Positions 32,383 to 35,112 of a DNA stretch of 35,112 bases are shown piece after piece. How positions within the stretch are numbered: the stretch's first letter is position 1; every line of letters begins with the position of its first letter. The stretch lies in contig CAZBBK010000063.1 in assembly GCA_964490075.1 (NCBI GenBank), positions 1 through 35,112 of the forward strand, in the 5' to 3' direction. The translations under genes were made by a program, and so were the position numbers. This stretch comes from an uncultured Gemmatimonadota bacterium (GTDB taxonomy: Bacteria > GCA-2686955). Below the pieces are notes generated by a model, which saw only the letters and a program-made list of their open reading frames with translations, had not been told where the DNA came from and did no database searches.

Positions 32383-34694
32383 TGCTCTCTCCCTTGCTCG
32401 ATCCGCGCCGCCCGCGCTGTTGTGGAGGGCGGCGCCGGCGGCGCCAGCCAGAGCGCCCCCGGCTCGGATGTGAGCACCAGCGCCACGCTGTCGAGCGCGG
32501 CCTCGATCCGTTCCAGGTAGACGCGGGTGCGAAAGCTCTCGGAGTGGGCACGGTCGACCTGCTCGAGCTGCTCGAAACGGCCGGCCTCGCCGCGCGCCCG
32601 CGCCACCACCGAGTGGCGCTCGGCGGCGCCCCCTTCGATCGACGCCCGGGCCCGACCGCGCGCGTCAGGCAGGAGCCGCGCCTCGTCGGCCTGCGCCCGA
32701 TTGACCGCCGTGGCCCGCTCCTCGTCGGCGTCGATCACGTCGTGGAAGGCGGCCCAGATCTCCTTCGGCGGCTCGGCCGCGGTCAGCACCACCTCGACCA
32801 CCTCCAGCCCCAGGGCGGCGGCCTCGGCGCGCACCGCCGAGCTCAGCTCGGCCTCGGCCAGCGCCCGCCCCGCGCCCAGCAGATCTTCGGCGACGCTGCG
32901 CGCCGCCACCGTCATCAGCGCCTTCTGCCCGATCCGCGCCAGGCAGGTCTCGGCACTCTGCACGTCGAACACGTAGGTCACCGGATCGGCCACCCGGTAG
33001 AGGATCGACGCCGCCACGTCGAGAAAGCTCTGGTCTCCGGTCAGCACCCGCCGCGGCCCCGGCAGCGCCAGCCTGCGGACCCGGTCGGTGTGCACCTGGG
33101 CCACCCGGTCGATCGGCGCCGGCCACACCAAGTGCAGACCGGGCTCGAGCAGCCGGTCGCGCAACGCCCGACCGAAACGATCGACGATTCCGCGGCGGCC
33201 GGGATCGACCACCACCACCGCCCCGGCGATCCAGGCCAGCAGCGCCACGCCGGCCAGCACCCGGCCGGCCGCCAGCTTGCCCAGCGTCGGACCGAGCGGA
33301 TCGCCCGCGCCGAGCCCCGCGCAGCCCTGCCCCACGGCCAGGGCCGCCAGCCCCAACGCCGCGATCACCAGGAAGATGCCGGCCGCCGCCGGCGCCCCGG
33401 CGACCGCGAAGAGACCGCTCAGGCCGACCGCCAGCGCCGCCAGCAACGCTCCGCGCGGCACCCGATCCGGCACCGTCCAGCGCGCCGCCGCGGCCAAGGC
33501 CAGAATGGCCACCGCCACCACCAGGTCGACGCCGTCGAGACCGGCGAGCCGCCATGGAAAGGAGCGCGCCAGCCCCAGCGCCAGCAGCAGCGCCACCGCC
33601 ACGCGCGCGCCGCGCATCCAGCTCGCACGCGCCCCGGCCGCCAGCGCCGCCTCGACCGCAACCCCCAGAAGCGCCGCCAGCACCGCCCAGACCGCGGCCA
33701 GCGCCAACTCCGATCCGGCGAAGAGGTGCGCGCATACGAAGCCGTTCAGAGCCAGCAGCAACACGATGCCCGGAACGACGAGATCGGCGAGCCGCCCATC
33801 CGGGCGCGGGCGCTCTCCGGCGTCGTCGGGGGCGGCGGGCGGCGCCAGCGGCATGTAGACGCCGGCCAGCACCAGCAGTCCGCCGATCCATCCGGCTCCC
33901 GAAATCTGCTCGGCGTAGAGCACCAGCCCCACCAGCGCCGCGAAGAGCACCTCGGAGAAGGAGAGCACGCTGGCCTCCGAGGCCGAGACCTGGCGCATGC
34001 CGCGGTTGAGCAGGACGAAGGGGAAGACGGTGGCGAAGAGGGCCAGGCCCGTGGTCGCCGGAAAGGCGTGGCCCGGCAGGCTCAGCGCTCCGGCGGGCAG
34101 CGCCACCAGCGCGATGGTCAGCCAGGCAACCCACCAGGCGCCGGCCAGGGTGGCGCCGATGTCGGTCTCGGCCTGGCGGCTGACCCGCGTCATCAGCAGC
34201 ACGCCGGCGTAGGCGATCGCCGACACCAGCGCCAGGAAGTCGCCGAGCAGGAAGCGCGCGCTGGCGAAGTCGTGGTGCGCCCAGAGCGCCGCACCGGACA
34301 GCGCGCCCACGCCGAGCACGGCCAGAATCGCTCCGGCCACGTGCTCCGGCCCGGCGCGCTCGCCGAGATAGCGGTGCGCGAGGGGAAACACCACCAGCGG
34401 CGCCAGGTGGTGCAGGAAGACGGTGCTGGCGACGGTGGTGAGCGCATAGCCCCCCACGAAGCACGACGACGCGACACCCAGACAGAGCCCGTAAGGCGCC
34501 GCGATGCGCCAGAACGCGCGATCGCTCAGCTTCGGCAGCGCGCCCCGCCGCAGCGCGTCGAGGGTGAAGACCGCGGCCACCATCGCCGCCCGGTAGAGGG
34601 CGATGGAGAGGAAATCGGCCTCCGCCGCCCGGGTGAAGGCGGGCATCAGGGCGAAGAGCGCCATCGCCCCCAAGATCTCGAATCGACCGCGCAT
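32379..34694 (-). CDS. Fusion protein: EamA/DMT transporter, extra TM region and C-terminal HflK-like SPFH domain
   Basis: Two EamA repeats (HHLAPLVVFPLAHRYLGER, GDFLALVSAIAYA, SVLSFSEVLFAALVGLVLYAE), a linker, about 7 more hydrophobic segments, then GIVDRFGR...PGLHLVWPAPIDRV, LTGDQSFLDV, PPKEIWAAFHDVIDADEER, RTRVYLERIE in one open frame. Alternative start at 34814. Confidence 0.78.
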   Translation of the reverse strand: MRGRFEILGAMALFALMPAFTRAAEADFLSIALYRAAMVAAVFTLDALRRGALPKLSDRAFWRIAAPYGLCLGVASSCFVGGYALTTVASTVFLHHLAPLVVFPLAHRYLGERAGPEHVAGAILAVLGVGALSGAALWAHHDFASARFLLGDFLALVSAIAYAGVLLMTRVSRQAETDIGATLAGAWWVAWLTIALVALPAGALSLPGHAFPATTGLALFATVFPFVLLNRGMRQVSASEASVLSFSEVLFAALVGLVLYAEQISGAGWIGGLLVLAGVYMPLAPPAAPDDAGERPRPDGRLADLVVPGIVLLLALNGFVCAHLFAGSELALAAVWAVLAALLGVAVEAALAAGARASWMRGARVAVALLLALGLARSFPWRLAGLDGVDLVVAVAILALAAAARWTVPDRVPRGALLAALAVGLSGLFAVAGAPAAAGIFLVIAALGLAALAVGQGCAGLGAGDPLGPTLGKLAAGRVLAGVALLAWIAGAVVVVDPGRRGIVDRFGRALRDRLLEPGLHLVWPAPIDRVAQVHTDRVRRLALPGPRRVLTGDQSFLDVAASILYRVADPVTYVFDVQSAETCLARIGQKALMTVAARSVAEDLLGAGRALAEAELSSAVRAEAAALGLEVVEVVLTAAEPPKEIWAAFHDVIDADEERATAVNRAQADEARLLPDARGRARASIEGGAAERHSVVARARGEAGRFEQLEQVDRAHSESFRTRVYLERIEAALDSVALVLTSEPGALWLAPPAPPSTTARAARIEQGREQ

Positions 34695-35029
34695 GTTCTC
34701 CAGTGCCGGCTGGGTCCTGGCGTTGGATCGGGTGCCCAGGTGGCCCACTCCGCGAATGCGGTGGCATTCGGCCGCCGCTGCATCCACGCCGGCTGCGTTG
34801 CTCCTCCTCGCCATAGCCTCCGGCTATGACTCGTCGTCGCGCCTTGCCAGCGCGGCGCATCGGCGCCCTCGGTGCGTCACCCCATCTGCGGAGTGGGCCA
34901 CCAAGCTGCGGCATCCTATCACGCGGAGGAGTACAAAGGCCTTGTCATGCAATGCGCGGGCGACCCCAACAGCCCGCCCGGGCCAGGAGCAGGGGCGCTC
35001 TTGGAGACGCCCGCAGAAAGGCCGAGGGA

Positions 35030-35112
35030 TCAGGGCTCCGGCTGCGCGATCGTCAGCCCATCGCGCAGCTTGCGGATGTCGAGCGCGACCTCTTCCACAT
35101 CGTCTTCGAGCG
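35030..35112 (-). CDS. 3' end of a gene truncated by the window edge (...LEDDVEEVALDIRKLRDGLTIAQPEP*)
   Basis: GC3-rich open frame entering from the right edge with TGA at 35030-35032; product not identifiable. Confidence 0.5.
   Translation of the reverse strand, partial: LEDDVEEVALDIRKLRDGLTIAQPEP

Noticed and set aside
34700-35029. Riboswitch or ncRNA upstream of the EamA-HflK operon
   Set aside because: Only a small hairpin (catagcc-tcc-ggctatg, 34812-34828) is visible; I recognise no conserved riboswitch motif. An Rfam scan would settle it.

Overview
GC-rich bacterial window, probably from a draft or metagenomic scaffold (10-N gap at 2123-2132), densely coding with about 28 genes. In order: a non-coding array of palindromes with 51-bp period; a secreted GH5 endoglycoceramidase-like hydrolase; an inverted-repeat-flanked gap; copA coupled to htpG; a FadL/OmpP1-type outer-membrane transporter; a YyaL/SPATA20 thioredoxin-domain protein; several small ORFs including a T4 Imm-like superinfection immunity protein. 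Next is a minus-strand metabolic run of CitD-CitE fusion, CitF, fungal-type single-chain homoaconitase and homoisocitrate-dehydrogenase-like enzyme, interrupted by two secreted repeat proteins (FG-GAP, beta-helix). Then a tight operon of TM0106 RecB/Cas4-like nuclease, Dna2/Upf1-like helicase, Zn-ribbon-EI24/CysZ protein and sulfotransferase; an MNT-HEPN toxin-antitoxin pair whose toxin has an in-frame stop; a divergent MFS/amidinotransferase pair; and an EamA-HflK fusion, HflC, HflK operon. The best candidates for undescribed systems are (i) the citrate-lyase-like/homoaconitase/homoisocitrate dehydrogenase module, whose ACP domain seems to lack the canonical prosthetic-group serine, and (ii) the transporter-fused HflK-HflC-HflK SPFH operon. 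All family calls come from motif recognition by eye; no database search was run.
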